Shown one piece after another: positions 63,414 through 64,000 of a stretch of DNA of 64,000 nucleotides. This DNA is from Gnetum montanum (Eukaryota; Plantae; Gnetophyta), in the NCBI GenBank assembly GCA_015680685.1, contig MNCI01002112.1:279290-343289 (forward strand). Reading direction: 5' to 3'. Numbering within the stretch: position 1 is the stretch's first letter; each line of letters begins with the position of its first letter. Both the position numbers and the translations under genes were made by a program. The notes under the pieces were generated by a model. The model was not told where the DNA came from and made no database searches. It saw nothing but the letters and a program-made list of their open reading frames with translations.

Positions 63414-64000
63414 CTAGATGAAATACCGCTTCAAGTATACATGATTTACAGGGTTTGCTAATTCGTTCCCATTGACGTCTGCTAATTTGAACGCTCTGTT
63501 GCCATATGCGTCGACCACCAAGAAAGGGCCTTCCTAATTTGCAGAGAACTTGCCTACTGGTTCACGAACGGCTTTGAGGACTAGGTCTCCTTTCTTGATT
63601 GGATGCTGCTAAAGATTGTGATGATGCTTTTGTCTTTGTTTATCTTGATATTTCTCAATCGCATCAAGAGCCTGTATCCGCTTCTCTTCTACTAAATCCA
63701 AATCCATTATCCGAGCCTCGGTGTGTTGAGCCTCATTTATAATGGTGGAGAGGACCATTCTCAGAGAAGGAATTTGCAATTCAAGAGGTAGCACTGCTTC
63801 ATATCTGTAAACCAGGTTATAGGGCGTACTACCTGTAGCTGTCCTACACATAGTACGATATGCCCATAGCACATAGAGGATCTGTTCGTGCCACCGCCTT
63901 TTGTTGCCGTCGAGCATTTTCTTGAGCAAATTGATGACCACTTTGTTCGTTGCTTCAGCTTGATCATTCGCTTGCGGGTAATAAGGGGAAGAAAAAGACT
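63414..64000 (-). pseudogene. pol: Integrase C-terminal half of E (premature stops)
   Basis: SSPYYPQANDQAEATNK, VLWAYRT, EAVLPLE, IKKGDLVLK, KFSAN*EGPF. Confidence 0.92.

Larger units (their letters stand above)
60162..64000 (-). mobile_element. 3' end of Tat-type element E (integrase C-terminus, array, 3'UTR, PPT, 3' LTR)
   Basis: Domain order and termini as in C and D; less CpG decay, so probably younger. Confidence 0.9.

Overview
Eukaryotic, land-plant-type genomic DNA made mostly of decayed retrotransposons, with no intact protein-coding gene. It holds six copies or fragments of a Ty3/gypsy Tat-type lineage (RT-RH-aRH-INT). A: 1-2925, minus, nested in B. B: 2926-15053, plus, with a TSD-flanked solo LTR in its integrase. 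C1/C2: a three-LTR tandem, 16609-39879, minus. D: a pol-deleted derivative, 42223-48431, plus. E: a 3' end, 60162-64000, minus. There is also a near full-length L1-type LINE with a 17-bp TSD (51396-57148), two old non-LTR 3' fragments and a possible tRNA-derived SINE. All but A, B and E interrupt or follow an unidentified multi-exon host pseudogene on the plus strand (~16508-57450). The most notable signal is an architecture shared across the Tat copies: (1) a spliced antisense gene with its own TATA box sits between protease and RT; (2) arrays of one ~22-nt motif flank that gene and follow integrase; (3) a putative ~1-kb 3'UTR intron encloses the post-integrase array; (4) a hairpin encloses the PPT. 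Everything was read by eye, so boundaries of decayed features are approximate and no database searches were run.
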